DNA of 64,000 bases from IMG/VR virus record IMGVR_UViG_3300042391_000634, positions 1 to 64,000 of that record; one strand, given 5' to 3'. The notes under the pieces are model-generated. The model saw nothing but the letters and a program-made list of their open reading frames with translations, had not been told where the DNA came from and ran no database searches. Every line of letters begins with the position of its first letter. Positions within the stretch are counted from its first letter, which is position 1. This document shows, piece by piece, positions 51,013 to 60,780 of the stretch. A program made the translations under genes and the position numbers.

Positions 51013-52530
51013 ATGAAAAAGTTTTGTCTTGGTTTTATTTTATTAATTATAATTTCTTGTAATAAACAAGTTGATTATAGTAAAGATATAAATGAATTAA
51101 AATCACAAATTTCTTTATTACAAGGACAAATTGGTGGGTTACGTAAAACTACCGATTCATTAACGAATGAGTTAAAGGGGATTAATTCCCAAGTAAGTGA
51201 AGTATCTCGTAAAGTTGATTCTATATTAAATAGAATAACAGTCATTAATACACAGTTAATTGATTTGAATAGTCAATTAACAAAAAATAGTGCAGACATT
51301 GATGGTCTCCTAAAAAAAATTGAGGATTTACAGATTGAGTTAGTTAACTTAACTAAACTAATCCAAGATTTAAAATATCAACAAGTTGCAACTTCTGGTT
51401 ATGAAATTATTTCAGTTGACCCAAGATTAAAATCAAACGGAAAGGGAGTAATAAACGTACCCGTTGTTATTGTGAATTATCTACCTACGTCTGACGGTAC
51501 TTATCTTGATAGATGGAAAACTTACGACTCAAGAGTAGTAAAACAACAAAAAGATATATTAACACTTAAAAGAGCAAATGAAAAAATATTAAGTGAAAAA
51601 ATAATTGAAAAATTAAGTATTGAAGAGGGTTCAAGATTTAGAGATTATGGTAAAAATATAACAAGACCTTACGTTAATATAAATGTTGTGGCATATATAA
51701 ATGTTTATGATATAAAATTAATAAAGATTGGAACTAAAATTATTGATACCACAACTAACGACAGTGATGACGGTATAGATAATCCTGTAACAATAGATAG
51801 ACATTTTATAGATTTTAATGATTTATTTAATAGAGTAGACATTAAAAATTACGTAAATAATATGGGAGTAAAAGAGGTATGGTTTACATCATTTACAAAG
51901 GAGGTTGGTTCAAATAGTTATAATGTTTTTGAGTCAAGTATGTCTCCATCTATAAATTCTACAAACACTGCGAATATTTCAAATGGAGGTGGAGATTTAA
52001 AAGATTTACCAAGATTCAATAGTACATATATCGTATATGGTTTTAATGGATGGAGAGGAGTCGATACTGACTTACATAATAGAGGACATCAAATAGAAAG
52101 ACAATTAGAATATGTTGATTTTGAAAAATTTTATTATGGTAATTTTGCTAAGGATAGAAACACTATTGGTGGGTATACACATACTCCGGTAAACACAACA
52201 AAGCAATATGATTATAATAACACATCAGTTGTCTCTTCTGATATTACAACGTGGAAACCTTCAAGAGGAATTGGTATACCAACAAATAACTTATCTTGGT
52301 TAAATATTACTTATACTTTTAGTAATCAAATGATTGCACCAAATTCATTTGCAATTGGTAATGATGATTGGAATAAAAATGCTGAAGTTAAGTGGCATAT
52401 CTATTGGTGGCAATCACTTGCGGGATATAATAATAATATTGAGGATAATGGTAAAAAAGTTACAAATTGGTGGGATATAATTTATAATTGGGATGACGCG
52501 ATTAGAAATAAAACAAAACTAGTTTACTAA
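51013..52530 (+). CDS. Lipoprotein with coiled coil and possible zincin-like domain
   Basis: Lipobox LLIIISC followed by NK; heptad repeats over about residues 25-120; LHNRGHQIE. Confidence 0.65.
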   Translation: MKKFCLGFILLIIISCNKQVDYSKDINELKSQISLLQGQIGGLRKTTDSLTNELKGINSQVSEVSRKVDSILNRITVINTQLIDLNSQLTKNSADIDGLLKKIEDLQIELVNLTKLIQDLKYQQVATSGYEIISVDPRLKSNGKGVINVPVVIVNYLPTSDGTYLDRWKTYDSRVVKQQKDILTLKRANEKILSEKIIEKLSIEEGSRFRDYGKNITRPYVNINVVAYINVYDIKLIKIGTKIIDTTTNDSDDGIDNPVTIDRHFIDFNDLFNRVDIKNYVNNMGVKEVWFTSFTKEVGSNSYNVFESSMSPSINSTNTANISNGGGDLKDLPRFNSTYIVYGFNGWRGVDTDLHNRGHQIERQLEYVDFEKFYYGNFAKDRNTIGGYTHTPVNTTKQYDYNNTSVVSSDITTWKPSRGIGIPTNNLSWLNITYTFSNQMIAPNSFAIGNDDWNKNAEVKWHIYWWQSLAGYNNNIEDNGKKVTNWWDIIYNWDDAIRNKTKLVY

Positions 52531-53328
52531 AAAAGTTAAATAATCCTCTAATCCTTTTTCTAAATTGAATTCAGGTTCCCAACCAATCATCCAATTGTCA
52601 GAATTACTTTTAGTATGAAATTGATATCCTTTTGGTATATCTTTTTCATTATGGTAGGTGTAATTAATTTTTAAAATATCTAAAACATCTTCAAAGGTTC
52701 TATCCTCACCACTACCCACTTCATACCATTCACCCATGTTTTTTTCAAAGTTTTCCATAGCATATAAGTTTGCACTTACAACATCTTTAACATAAACAAA
52801 ATCCCTTTGTGGTTTATTGGGGAATAACTTGATTTCCTGACCTTCTTTTTGTTTTTCCAACATTTGATATGCAACTGATGCCATCTTCCCTTTTTGGTCC
52901 TCTAATGGACCGTAAACGTTAAAATAACGTAAACCAATACCACCACATTTAACAACGTATTGTTCCGCAACATATTTGCTCCACCCATAAAGATTAGATG
53001 GATATTCTTCATTTGTCCCAAAGTTAGCCGCCGATGAGGAGTAAATAAACTTTTTACCTAACAATTGACACCACTCAGCAACTCTACGAGTAAATTCAAA
53101 GTTCCTTGTCATCATATAATTTACATCGGTTTCCAAAGTGTCTGAACAAGCGCCAACGTGAAACACCACCTCTGGATTGAATTTATTTAATTTATAATAT
53201 ATTTCATTATACCAATCCTCAATATCAAAAATATCTTCGTTTATTTCTAATATATCGTGTTTATCTTTTAACTCATTTAAAAGATTTTTTCCAATAAAAC
53301 CATTTGTCCCTGTTATTAAAATTCTCAT
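52519..53328 (-). CDS. hldD: ADP-L-glycero-D-manno-heptose 6-epimerase-like
   Basis: ITGTNGFIGKNL, FHVGACSDTLETD..YMM.RN, YSSSAA, NLYGWSK, GLRYFNVYGP.E..KG.MASV, RDFVYVKDV. Confidence 0.85.
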   Translation of the reverse strand: MRILITGTNGFIGKNLLNELKDKHDILEINEDIFDIEDWYNEIYYKLNKFNPEVVFHVGACSDTLETDVNYMMTRNFEFTRRVAEWCQLLGKKFIYSSSAANFGTNEEYPSNLYGWSKYVAEQYVVKCGGIGLRYFNVYGPLEDQKGKMASVAYQMLEKQKEGQEIKLFPNKPQRDFVYVKDVVSANLYAMENFEKNMGEWYEVGSGEDRTFEDVLDILKINYTYHNEKDIPKGYQFHTKSNSDNWMIGWEPEFNLEKGLEDYLTFLVN

Positions 53329-53330
53329 AA

Positions 53331-54095
53331 CTATTTTTTTTGTCTCGTTATTGGTACACTCACCCCTCTTTTTTGAACAACAATAGATGACATTTCATTT
53401 GCGTATATTATTGATTCCTCAATGTTTTTTGTTTCCAAATATTTTACAGTAAATGATGCGGTAAAAGTATCGCCAGCACCACTAACATCAATTGTTTCAC
53501 GAGGATCGGGTGACGGATATATGGTATCCATATACTTTGCACCTTTTGAACCTAACGTTACAATTAATTTGTTTGGATATTGTTTCTTAATATCATCACT
53601 AAAATTACTATACTCGTGTTCGTTTAATTTTATAAAATTAAAACTGGCCACAAGGTTAGGTGAAATTTGTTTCTTTGTATCCATAACAATAAAACGAGAA
53701 TGATATGCGACTTCTAATAATATTTTTTCATTCAAATATCCCTTATTGTAATCACTTACAATAATTGCATCAGATTCTTTTATTCCATCAATTACACTAT
53801 CGGTCAATTCCAAAGGTGTAATTGTTTCCTCACCCTCGTCAACCCTAATAAACATATGGTTAGATTTATCATCCACATATCTTGTTTTTTTAATTGGTTG
53901 AAATTGATGTAAATGTTTAATTGTCACATCTTGGTCTAGTGACTTCAAATTTTCAACTACGTTTCCCGCCATTCCAAAATTTCTTTCTATATATAACGGA
54001 TTAAAAACTGGCACAGGAGCCTCAGGACTTAATCTCTTTGTTTCACCATATACAAATATATCCGTACAAAACTCACCTATTACTGTTATTTTCAT
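53331..54095 (-). CDS. HldE-like heptose-7-phosphate kinase domain (PfkB family)
   Basis: RLSPEAPVPV, GMAGNV..NL, KTRY, SDYNKG, DVSGAGDTF. Confidence 0.85.
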   Translation of the reverse strand: MKITVIGEFCTDIFVYGETKRLSPEAPVPVFNPLYIERNFGMAGNVVENLKSLDQDVTIKHLHQFQPIKKTRYVDDKSNHMFIRVDEGEETITPLELTDSVIDGIKESDAIIVSDYNKGYLNEKILLEVAYHSRFIVMDTKKQISPNLVASFNFIKLNEHEYSNFSDDIKKQYPNKLIVTLGSKGAKYMDTIYPSPDPRETIDVSGAGDTFTASFTVKYLETKNIEESIIYANEMSSIVVQKRGVSVPITRQKK

Positions 54096-54471
54096 GTTTT
54101 AAAATCTTTGTTGTTGATTTATTTTCTATCTTATCAAAAAATGATATTCTATCCACTAATTCGTTACCTATAATTTCGTGGTATTTGTAATCATCACCAA
54201 TTACCATAATTTCAGTATCCCATTCCATAATACATTTTTCAAGTTCTTCATCGGTACCAAAACTGACAACACTATCAACATACTTTATTGATTTCATAAA
54301 ATCAATTCTATCTTGTAATGTGTTTACAGGTCTATTAGAACCTTTTTTTAGTTTAACCCTTTCATCGGTATCTAAACCAACTCTAACAACCCCCAGACTA
54401 CTGGCGTGTTCTAATAATTTAATGTGTCCAACGTGCATTACATCAAACGTTCCATTAACCCAAATTTTCAT
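54073..54471 (-). CDS. HldE-like/cytidylyltransferase-family nucleotidyltransferase
   Basis: NGTFDVMHVGH, GLDTDERV..KKG.NRPVN, GDDY, STTKI. Confidence 0.85.
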   Translation of the reverse strand: MKIWVNGTFDVMHVGHIKLLEHASSLGVVRVGLDTDERVKLKKGSNRPVNTLQDRIDFMKSIKYVDSVVSFGTDEELEKCIMEWDTEIMVIGDDYKYHEIIGNELVDRISFFDKIENKSTTKILKHENNSNR

Positions 54472-54854
54472 TTTTGTGAATCTCCTTTCCATACTCTATA
54501 TGAATCTGTATCTTTATGTTCTGTTGATACTTCAAATACCACCCCATCAGTTAGTGCCTCTAATTGATGTGGTTGACCCGGTCTTTGTCTAACAGTATCC
54601 CCAACTTTTAATTTTTGTTCAATTGTTTCTGCGGTTTCTGTATCTATCCATCTATAGATAAATTCACCATTATCTACATACCACGTCTCATCCTTAATCA
54701 TGTGGTAATGCATTGAAAATTTAGCACCTTGTTTAAACCTTAAAAGTTTACCACAATACATTTCATTATTTTCAATTATAATTTCATCACCCCAACCTTT
54801 TGGAACGCAACAACCTTCAGTTTCTAAAGCATTAATTACTATTGGTTTTTCCAT
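54468..54854 (-). CDS. Cupin-domain protein (sugar isomerase-like)
   Basis: KGWGDE, YCGKLL, SMHYH.IKDETWYV, PGQPHQL, EVST.H...DSYRV. Confidence 0.75.
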   Translation of the reverse strand: MEKPIVINALETEGCCVPKGWGDEIIIENNEMYCGKLLRFKQGAKFSMHYHMIKDETWYVDNGEFIYRWIDTETAETIEQKLKVGDTVRQRPGQPHQLEALTDGVVFEVSTEHKDTDSYRVWKGDSQK

Positions 54855-55590
54855 ATTTTTCTTTTATATCGTTATACATTTCTAAACACCACCACTCTAA
54901 AAATTTAGGATTTGGGTGACCGTCATTTATATCTTCATATAATGGATGAATTTTCATTAGGGTTCTCATGTCGCCTAATTTATTAAAAAAACACTTATCA
55001 TTTAATATTTTTAATTTAAATTCATCTGACAATAGATATATATCGTTGTGACCCGATACGTGTTGTTTATTTGGGTAGAACATATCTAATATAGAACCTA
55101 ACCCCTCAAACATAACATAATCAATATTTTTATTGTCAAGGTAATTCTTGGTTAAAATCATTGATTGGATTGTTCTTAAAATATTTTCTTTATAGTCAAA
55201 CCATAGTGAAATAAAAAAATCTTGGTTATCTCTAAAAAAATATAATTCGGGCGAATCGTTCTTCATTAATTCAAGTTGTTCTAATGATGGAACATTAAAT
55301 GACTTATATTTCATTTCAGACTCAACCCAAAATTCACGCCGACTCCATTCACTCCATTGTATCCCCAAACACACATTATTAGTGTCATTGGACTCACAAA
55401 ATTTAACCACGTTGTTCATTATAAGGTTATTTGATGACCCGTTAAACCCATAATTATAATGTTCACAATTAAGTAATTTTGATAGGTGATACCCCCATGA
55501 CCCCACTTCTCCTATTTTATGACCATTTGAATAAGAACAACCAAAGGTAACAAATCTATCATATTTCTTATTTGAATCAATTAATGACAT
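54832..55590 (-). CDS. SGNH-like hypothetical protein
   Basis: TFGCSYSNG, W...L...L, GSSN, IQWS...R.E, C-terminal DGHPN. Confidence 0.55.
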   Translation of the reverse strand: MSLIDSNKKYDRFVTFGCSYSNGHKIGEVGSWGYHLSKLLNCEHYNYGFNGSSNNLIMNNVVKFCESNDTNNVCLGIQWSEWSRREFWVESEMKYKSFNVPSLEQLELMKNDSPELYFFRDNQDFFISLWFDYKENILRTIQSMILTKNYLDNKNIDYVMFEGLGSILDMFYPNKQHVSGHNDIYLLSDEFKLKILNDKCFFNKLGDMRTLMKIHPLYEDINDGHPNPKFLEWWCLEMYNDIKEKYGKTNSN

Positions 55591-55647
55591 ACATATAATA
55601 TAATCAATTTATTTCTAAATTACAAGTATTTATATAAAAACACAAAA

Positions 55648-55839
55648 ATGGGAAAGAAGTTTAAAATCACAGAAGACCAATTAAAAAGATTGGTAGAAAA
55701 TAAAGATAAGTTCCAAGAAGAACCAGTTGAATCAACAGAAGAAGAAACTATAGATTTACCTGAAGAGGAAGAAACCGAGGATAACCAAATCAACGAGGCG
55801 GTAGAAAAGATTAAATCACAATTCAAGAGATTTATGTAA
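55648..55839 (+). CDS. Small acidic leader-bearing protein
   Basis: TATTTATA at 55627; KITEDQLKRLVE...INEAVEKIK. Confidence 0.6.
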   Translation: MGKKFKITEDQLKRLVENKDKFQEEPVESTEEETIDLPEEEETEDNQINEAVEKIKSQFKRFM

Positions 55840-55857
55840 TCTCATAAAACTTATAGG

Positions 55858-55885
55858 AAAACCCTTCAGAAATGAGGGGTTTTTT
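55858..55885 (+). terminator. Intrinsic terminator with GAAA tetraloop
   Basis: AAACCCTTCA-GAAA-TGAGGGGTTT followed by a T tract. Confidence 0.7.
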
Positions 55886-55913
55886 ATTAAAAATATAAGG
55901 ATATTTATATATA

Positions 55914-57779
55914 ATGAATTTTAACGCCCTATTAGAAGAATTACTACTTGAGTTAAGTGGAACGGAAATATACCAAAAGTATTATTCCAAAATACCATAT
56001 GAGACTTTTGTGGAGATAGTAATGGCCGACCCAAAGTCAAATATAGACGGTGTTGGTAATTTACAATCATTAGGAAAATACTCAAAACTACTTTTATCGT
56101 TTTATCAAAAGGGAACATTACAAATTGAGGATTTAGTTAAGGCCAAAGAATATCTTGGGTATGTCTATCAACATAGAATTTCTTTGGATATTAATAGTTT
56201 AAGGAGTTTGGCTGACTTATATAAAGTGGTTCAGAAATATATTATTGAGGATACGTTAGATTTTAAGGAAATTATAAATGCACTAACGATAGACGTTGAT
56301 TATAAGTTATTACACGAAGGTGAGGATTGGTCCTTCTACCAACCTTTAACAGAAAAGGGTGCATCTTATTTAGGTTTTGGAACTGAGTGGTGCACAACGT
56401 GGGGAAAACATTGTTTAAATAAAAAACATAGAGATAGAGATAATTATTTCCAAACACATCACAACAAAGGTCCTTTGTTTATTATTATGAACAAAATAAA
56501 CCCAATCGACAAATACCAATTTCATTTCGAATCAAATCAATATATGGATAAAATGGATAGGAGAATTAATCTATCTGAATTTTGGTTTGGTAAAGATGAG
56601 GTTAAGTTTTATTTTTTCCCTTCATTGGTAAGAGAAACATCAAAAGAAGAGGTTGAAAGTGAAGTAAAAAGAATATCAATATTACCCGACGAAGATGGAA
56701 TGGAAATCATAAAAAAATCTATTGGTGTTATTAATAATCCGTTGGTTAATGCGATATTAACTAACGATGAAGATGCGTTAGAAGATTTAATTGTAGATGA
56801 TAGTAGAGATGGTTCGGTTTATATTAATAACGGAAGACTTATTATACAGGTTGATAAATTATCAGGTGACGCTGAGGGGGTTGAAAAGTCAATTGACCAA
56901 TATAGATATGAAGGAAGTAATGGTTGGGAATTTGTTCATAGTGATATAGAAAACAAATATTATGAACAAGAAGATTACGTATTAGATATAGAAGGGATTT
57001 TTACAAATTACTACAATAACAATAAAAGTGAATTGAGTGAGGATTTAGGTGTTATATCATATGAACAATTTAAAGATGATTATTTTGATAATTACGTTAA
57101 TGATGAAAACCTAAAAGATTATTATGTCGATGATGTAACTGATTTATCTTACGGAAGTTACCAACAAGAAAATGATAAAGAGGCTGACGAAATTGAAAAA
57201 TACTTATCATTTGGTAGTAGGAGTGATGAACTTAATTTTTCCGTTGTATTCTTTGTTCGATTTTTAATTAAAAAAGGAATATCTCGTATTGATTACAATT
57301 CGGATAATGATAATGGACTTACATTACAAGATGTAACGGACATGTATATCAGTAATTACAGATTAACGGTAGAAATTGAAGAGCCTGTTTATAATTTTGA
57401 AATAACATACCCAAAATACGGAGATGGTAATTATATCACAAAACGCACAGATGAATATTTTAATAAATTAATTGGTGACCCTGAAAATAACAAAAATTGT
57501 ATTGAACTAAGAAAAAAATTAAATAACATTATTAATAAATTCTTTAATGGAGGATATGGAACAAATATGTTTGATAATAAACATGTTCGTGTTCAACTTA
57601 AATCACAAAATATTGATTGTAACACTGGTTCGATTAAAATAGATTATGAGAATAAAGATAATGAACAAAATTTTTATAACAAATCAGTTAAAATAGATAA
57701 TTTAGTTTCATATCTAACTAATTATCAATTAAATTTGAATGAATCTAAATTGAATTTAACCTCTTTGATTTCCAAGTAA
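55914..57779 (+). CDS. Large leader-bearing hypothetical protein (MNFNALLEELLLE)
   Basis: TATTTATA at 55902; GASYLG.GTEWCT...GPLFII...KYQFHF.S.Q.MD..D motif. Confidence 0.65.
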   Translation: MNFNALLEELLLELSGTEIYQKYYSKIPYETFVEIVMADPKSNIDGVGNLQSLGKYSKLLLSFYQKGTLQIEDLVKAKEYLGYVYQHRISLDINSLRSLADLYKVVQKYIIEDTLDFKEIINALTIDVDYKLLHEGEDWSFYQPLTEKGASYLGFGTEWCTTWGKHCLNKKHRDRDNYFQTHHNKGPLFIIMNKINPIDKYQFHFESNQYMDKMDRRINLSEFWFGKDEVKFYFFPSLVRETSKEEVESEVKRISILPDEDGMEIIKKSIGVINNPLVNAILTNDEDALEDLIVDDSRDGSVYINNGRLIIQVDKLSGDAEGVEKSIDQYRYEGSNGWEFVHSDIENKYYEQEDYVLDIEGIFTNYYNNNKSELSEDLGVISYEQFKDDYFDNYVNDENLKDYYVDDVTDLSYGSYQQENDKEADEIEKYLSFGSRSDELNFSVVFFVRFLIKKGISRIDYNSDNDNGLTLQDVTDMYISNYRLTVEIEEPVYNFEITYPKYGDGNYITKRTDEYFNKLIGDPENNKNCIELRKKLNNIINKFFNGGYGTNMFDNKHVRVQLKSQNIDCNTGSIKIDYENKDNEQNFYNKSVKIDNLVSYLTNYQLNLNESKLNLTSLISK

Positions 57780-57798
57780 TTTTTCATATATTACGATA

Positions 57799-59133
57799 AT
57801 GAAAATTGTATATGGTTATGATATAATGACCTTTAATGGCCCATTACCAAATTGTCTTAATCCAAAATTTATACCAACAATTTACGAAGGTTCTAAATAT
57901 GACTATCGTAAATCATACCACTATTTTAATGAAAAATGGAAATGTGATTTTGCGGTTTTTAATAGTCACGATTACAATAAAATTATAGATTATAAATCAG
58001 TTTATGAAATTGTAAAAGATAGAAATAATAACAATGACTATAAATGGTTTTACATTGTTGAACCTCATTCAGGATTAGATCTATTTTTTGGACAACACTC
58101 AACACATAATGAATTTGCTTTAAATTTTATATCGGATAATGTTATAGATGAAATTGTTAATTATAACGGTAACTTATTAATTAATTATACCGTTGACGGA
58201 GGACTTGGAATTAATTTAAAGAACTTTCAAAAAATAGTTGATTTTACAAGAGGAAAAAATATACCTGACGAAAAGGTTTATTTTATTTTTGCGGATTATA
58301 AACTCAAAAGAAATTTTGAAAAAATAAATGTTGGATATAAGGTATTAGATTTTAATTTTTATTTAATTTTTAAATCGCACGAATTTAATCACATTTATAA
58401 TCAATCTGTTGTTCAACCAGATGATTATATAAACCACATTAAGGAAGATAAGAAAGATTTCTTGATGTTAACCAGACATTGGAAACAACATAGAGTATTC
58501 TTAATCAATAAATTACATCGTTTAGGTTTAGATAAAAGTTTAATATCTTGGGAAAAATCATACTATGATGATAGAATGATAAATGAACTATTCAAATATG
58601 ATGAAAATAAAGAACTTGCAAATTTATTAAAAACAGAATCAAGACATGTTGATGTGGCAGATTTGGTAAACGTATCAGGATATGGTTTTGAAAATAAAGA
58701 AATGTATTTGAACACCTATATTAGTATTGTCACCGAATCTATATTTTTTCAAAATGATAATATAGATTTTTTAACGGGGTTTCTATCTGAAAAAATATGG
58801 AAACCAATAGGTCACTGCCAACCTTTTATTTTGGCCGCTCCGTCAAAATCATTAGAATATATAAAAAATAGATTTGGGTTTAAAACATTTCATCCTTTTA
58901 TTGATGAAACATACGATACGGTTAATGATGACATGGAAAGATTAAATCTGATACAAAGTGAAATTGATAGATTCTCTAAAAAAACAAAAGAAGAGAAAGT
59001 TCAATTTTTAAATGATGTAAAAGACATATGTATTTACAATCAAAAACTATTTTTAAAATACGGTAAAAATTACGAATTACCGTTAGATGAAAATGTAGAG
59101 TTAAAGAAGGTCTACGATTTCCTTTCTACTTAG
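57799..59133 (+). CDS. Glycosyltransferase-like protein
   Basis: C-terminal YISIVTES...FLSEKIWKPI...QPFI...FGFKTF...DE.YD, similar to GT10-like tails. Confidence 0.5.
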   Translation: MKIVYGYDIMTFNGPLPNCLNPKFIPTIYEGSKYDYRKSYHYFNEKWKCDFAVFNSHDYNKIIDYKSVYEIVKDRNNNNDYKWFYIVEPHSGLDLFFGQHSTHNEFALNFISDNVIDEIVNYNGNLLINYTVDGGLGINLKNFQKIVDFTRGKNIPDEKVYFIFADYKLKRNFEKINVGYKVLDFNFYLIFKSHEFNHIYNQSVVQPDDYINHIKEDKKDFLMLTRHWKQHRVFLINKLHRLGLDKSLISWEKSYYDDRMINELFKYDENKELANLLKTESRHVDVADLVNVSGYGFENKEMYLNTYISIVTESIFFQNDNIDFLTGFLSEKIWKPIGHCQPFILAAPSKSLEYIKNRFGFKTFHPFIDETYDTVNDDMERLNLIQSEIDRFSKKTKEEKVQFLNDVKDICIYNQKLFLKYGKNYELPLDENVELKKVYDFLST

Positions 59134-59155
59134 ATATTTATAATAAACAAGTTTT

Positions 59156-59584
59156 GTGAGAATATTAATATCAGAAGGTCAATTAGAGAATTTAAAGAAA
59201 TCGGTTAAGAAAATACATTGTTCTGAATGTGGGTGGGAATGGGATTTATCTGATAGTGGAAATGACCCTTACACTTGTCACAAATGTGGTCATGTTAATG
59301 AAGAACAAGAGGTTGACGAAAGAAGTCGTAGTTTTGCATTTACAAGAAAAAAACGATTATTTAGTAAACCAGAAAGAATGTCCAATCCTTTAAGATATAA
59401 ACTTGCAGATAGACTTGAGGAATATAGACCACTTACCGATATACAAATTAAAAGTATTGAGGACCTTAATAAGGATGCCAAATTCCTAACTTGTAAGAAT
59501 TGTAGAAAGAAATTTACCCAAACAACATACAAAAAGAAGAAGTCTTTACCTATATGTCCTTATTGTGGGACACATAACAAATAG
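59156..59584 (+). CDS. Leader plus Zn-ribbon protein
   Basis: CSECG..CHKCG and CKNC..CPYCG; MRILISEGQLENL. Confidence 0.65.
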   Translation: MRILISEGQLENLKKSVKKIHCSECGWEWDLSDSGNDPYTCHKCGHVNEEQEVDERSRSFAFTRKKRLFSKPERMSNPLRYKLADRLEEYRPLTDIQIKSIEDLNKDAKFLTCKNCRKKFTQTTYKKKKSLPICPYCGTHNK

Positions 59585-59624
59585 TATAATTAAAATAAAA
59601 TTATACAAATATTTTTTTATTTTT

Positions 59625-59655
59625 TTTGGATATTCCAATAATATCCATATCTTTG
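59625..59655 (+). promoter_or_regulatory. Bacteroidota-type promoter
   Basis: TTTG 59625-59628, 19-nt spacer, TATCTTTG 59648-59655. Confidence 0.7.
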
Positions 59656-59673
59656 TGTTCTAAATTAAAAATT

Positions 59674-60084
59674 ATGAAAAAATCAACACTTAGTTTATTG
59701 ATGTTATTGTTATTTGGGAACTTATTTTCCCAAACTTATGTTATTAATGTTAAAAATGTTCAAAAGTTTGAACATTCAATGATGGAGACAAATAAGGCCA
59801 TTGTGGAAGATAAAGTAACATACAAAGAATCGGGCACCGCCAATTCTAAATATATTTTTGATTTAAATAAAATGAAATTATTCAGAAATATGAACGGATT
59901 GGAGGGTGAATTTGATATTGTAGAAAAAAAGTCAGATAATTCAATATTCAATATTTGGGTTAAGTTTCCTAATGATGTATACGTGAATTATGTCTTTCAA
60001 AAAGAGGACGATAATTTTAAAACTTTATTCTGTAGATGGTCTAAAGAAGATAAAATTGTTGGGTGGTTTGATAGAACACTATAA
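59674..60084 (+). CDS. Secreted hypothetical protein
   Basis: Signal peptide MKKSTLSLLMLLLFGNLFS followed by Q. Confidence 0.65.
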   Translation: MKKSTLSLLMLLLFGNLFSQTYVINVKNVQKFEHSMMETNKAIVEDKVTYKESGTANSKYIFDLNKMKLFRNMNGLEGEFDIVEKKSDNSIFNIWVKFPNDVYVNYVFQKEDDNFKTLFCRWSKEDKIVGWFDRTL

Positions 60085-60085
60085 T

Positions 60086-60115
60086 AAAAAAAAGGAGTCA
60101 ATTGACTCCTTTTTT
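60086..60115. terminator. Bidirectional terminator
   Basis: A8-GGAGTCAATTGACTCC-T6 between convergent genes. Confidence 0.8.
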
Positions 60116-60119
60116 AATT

Positions 60120-60686
60120 CTAACCATTTGTCATTTTACCTTTTTGATAATCTAATAATTTACTTAATGATACCCAATATTGATCCATTGTTATATTTAA
60201 AACCTCTACATTAAAAAGTCTATGTAATGTATTTGTATAATCTTTATTAATATCTCTTTCATCCATTTTTTGTAAAAGTCTTGCTGACATTCCTTTAATT
60301 GCTTTAGATGGTAGGTTATATTGTGCCGCAACGTCCAAGAAAGCCCAAATAGAACCAAGAATATATTTGAAGTTATTTGGTTTGGTTGGGTCTTTTTGCA
60401 TTTGAGCGTTAGCTTCTTGAGCTAAACCTGTTAAATCTAAACCCATAGATTTTAAAACTACCTCAGGTCTACTTCCCGTTTGGAAATTTATAAACTTATT
60501 AATATCCTCATTACTTTTTATAAGTGGTAACCTATAAACTTTACCTTGTTGGTCTTTAAAAAGTTGTTCATCAGGGGTTTGTTGAGGTGCTGCCGGTTTT
60601 GCCACAGGAGCCGTTTGTTCTTTTATAACCTTATTGATCATTAGTTTTAACTGTGATTCGGTTAATCTTACTATTTTTTTGGACAT
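60120..60686 (-). CDS. Leader-bearing hypothetical protein (MSKKIVRLTESQLKLMINKVIKEQ)
   Basis: Start reassigned; TATTTATA upstream on the minus strand. Confidence 0.65.
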   Translation of the reverse strand: MSKKIVRLTESQLKLMINKVIKEQTAPVAKPAAPQQTPDEQLFKDQQGKVYRLPLIKSNEDINKFINFQTGSRPEVVLKSMGLDLTGLAQEANAQMQKDPTKPNNFKYILGSIWAFLDVAAQYNLPSKAIKGMSARLLQKMDERDINKDYTNTLHRLFNVEVLNITMDQYWVSLSKLLDYQKGKMTNG

Positions 60687-60731
60687 AAATCTTTTAATAT
60701 AAATAGTTAATATTTTAAAAAAAAACATTTT

Positions 60732-60762
60732 TTTGGATATTCCAAATATATTATTACCTTTG
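60732..60762 (+). promoter_or_regulatory. Bacteroidota-type promoter
   Basis: TTTG 60732-60735, 19-nt spacer, TACCTTTG 60755-60762; nearly identical to the 59625 module. Confidence 0.7.
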
Positions 60763-60780
60763 TGTCCTAAATTAAAAATT

